A stretch of 64,000 nucleotides of DNA from Adineta vaga (taxonomy: Eukaryota; Animalia; Rotifera). Shown piece by piece: positions 62,237 to 64,000 of the stretch. The stretch lies in contig CP075496.1 of the NCBI GenBank assembly GCA_021613535.1, positions 8,804,001 to 8,868,000 on the forward strand. The letters run 5' to 3'. The notes under the pieces were generated by a model, which did no database searches, had not been told where the DNA came from, and saw only the letters and a list, made by a program, of their open reading frames with translations. Both the position numbers and the translations under genes were made by a program. The stretch's first letter is position 1. Each line of letters opens with the position of its first letter.

Positions 62237-62464
62237 CTTTACTTATAAATAATAAATAATGTTTCAAAACTTATTTCTTTCGAAATAATTGTGTTTAATG
62301 TATAGTATACATACAAAATTATAGTTACACGTGTATCTAAGGACAAAATTATGAGTGCAAGTAAGAAGAGAATGAAAATATTTATTATTATGATTTCAAA
62401 ATTATGTACGCAATAAAAAGAAACACAATGTGTGTTATGGACAAATATATCGTTTTGTTTTTCT

Positions 62465-64000
62465 TTACGTAAGATCAAAACGTTGAATTCGTTGATTTTC
62501 CGTGTCAGTAACGTACAAATAAATTTCATTTTTATTAATGACTAAACCAGAAGGATAATTTAATTTCGTACTGTCCGTACCCCATATACCATTTGCATTT
62601 CCGGCAATAGTAACACCGACGGTCGCGTTGCGATTCCAACATTGAATTCGATGATTTCCTGTATCTGCTATATAAATAGTTCCAGTAATTTCTGACACCC
62701 ATACATCAGAAGGCTGATTGAGTTGATTGCTAGCAGATCCCATTCCGTTACCACCTGCTACTGTAATTCCAATATAAGGTGGATTAAGATTCAAGTTAAA
62801 GAGTTGAATTCGATGATTATTTTTGTCAACAACATATAAAAGTGAATTTTGCTTGTCAAAAAATAATCCACAAGGACTGTTAAGTTCCGTAGGTCCACTT
62901 CCTGAATCTCCTGTACCTATAATCATTATACCACTAGCGGCATTTGTTGACCAAAGCATTATTCGATTGCTGAAAGTATCAGCAATTATGAGACTCTTTT
63001 CGTTGCCCATAGTTATTCCATTGGGTCCTGATAAATATTGTGGCGGCGTTCCGCTAAGACCATAAGTGCCTGCAACATTTTTCGGTGGCGGTTCGTAAAG
63101 TTGCATTGAAGATAATAATAGAACACGACCATTCATACCATCAACTACGTATAAATTATTTTGATATTCAGTATCGAGATATAGATAGTTTGGTCTAAAC
63201 AAACTAATTCCATCCGTTCCATTACGGATTAAAACCGATATCGTTTTACTATTAGAATTAACATATTGTAAATGAATTATTTCGTTTTTTGTCGAATCAA
63301 CAACAATAAGAGATTCATTATCACCATTACCATAGACAGCAATGCCTACAGGAGAACTGAAACCAATAAACAGGCTACTTCCTATGACTGTATTATGATC
63401 AGCAACAGTAATTCCACCCACGACTGGTACTGGTACTGATGTTATAACTAAAAGACAATATTTCTCGATTAGTTTTTATTTATAGTAAGAACAAGAGAAA
63501 CTATGATTCATTGACTTTGAACATATTAGGAGTATATTTGTTATACCTTCACATTGATTCATGGGTGAACAGGTTAGATTAAGATCTTCGCGGCACGTTT
63601 TCATATCATATTGACACGGTGCGCCGGATATTGTCATTTGTGGAAAACACATGCCCGCTGATGCATCCCAATAACTATGTAATATGCAATCACATACAAA
63701 ATTTTTATTACAACTCAAATATCGACTTTCAATACAAACAGACGAACATAATTGACCATATTGAGTGAAAAGTGATGGATTCAATTGAATTAAACCGCCC
63801 ATTGAATTTGGCATCGACGATGTACCGACTGCGCCTAGAATACCTAAATCACCTTCAAATAGACGACATTCATTCATTTGTATGGCACCATAATCGAATA
63901 TACGACATGGAGGATTCATATTACATTGCATCGCGCATGATTCAAACGAATCGACAAAATTTGATAAGATATGTTGAGCGTTCATATTAGCTGGCTCAAA
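62465..64000 (-). CDS. PAN/Apple-like, Cys-rich and NHL-repeat protein (intron 63448-63546; 5' end outside the window)
   Basis: CAMQCNMNPPCRIFDY..ECRLF (PAN-like) and a Cys-rich module splice in frame to NHL repeats (IYIADTGNHRIQ, LYVTDTENQRIQ). The frame is open to the window end. Confidence 0.85.

Noticed and set aside
1-64000. Many 60-146-aa ORFs antisense to or overlapping real genes, or in AT-rich intergenic DNA
   Set aside because: Shadow or chance ORFs, often with non-ATG starts, F/I/L/K-biased and without motifs.
1-64000. CRISPR array, rRNA or autonomous transposon (transposase/RT)
   Set aside because: No regularly spaced repeats, rRNA-like sequence or transposase/RT motifs were seen, and the sequence is eukaryotic.

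Overview
AT-rich, gene-dense eukaryotic (animal) DNA with short GT-AG introns, mostly ~45-70 nt. The gene families present (NHL-EGF and PAN-NHL proteins, many intronless class-A GPCRs, ART-LRR, TIR, F-box/LRR, an intron-containing bacterial/fungal-type GH88) point to a bdelloid rotifer; this is inference, not a database result. The window holds about 25 genes and pseudogenes. They include a ~3,200-aa SPRY-HECT E3 ligase, two tandem ~890-aa membrane proteins with mosaic near-identical tracts, a rhomboid, a TTK/Mps1-like kinase, a long-chain acyl-CoA synthetase, a stonustoxin/MACPF-like plus P-loop GTPase fusion, a putatively myristoylated TIR protein, an ART-LRR and an initiator tRNA-Met. Two spliced genes are missed by the ORF track: a stand-alone ZnF-UBP protein and a Ly6/three-finger GPI protein. 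Best leads: (i) the tandem membrane proteins may carry a DEG/ENaC/PAC-like channel module fused to a large ectodomain; (ii) a loose group of putative pore-forming and NAD-consuming defence effectors at 35-61 kb; (iii) two independent ectopic gene-conversion-like mosaics. All domain calls are by eye from motifs.
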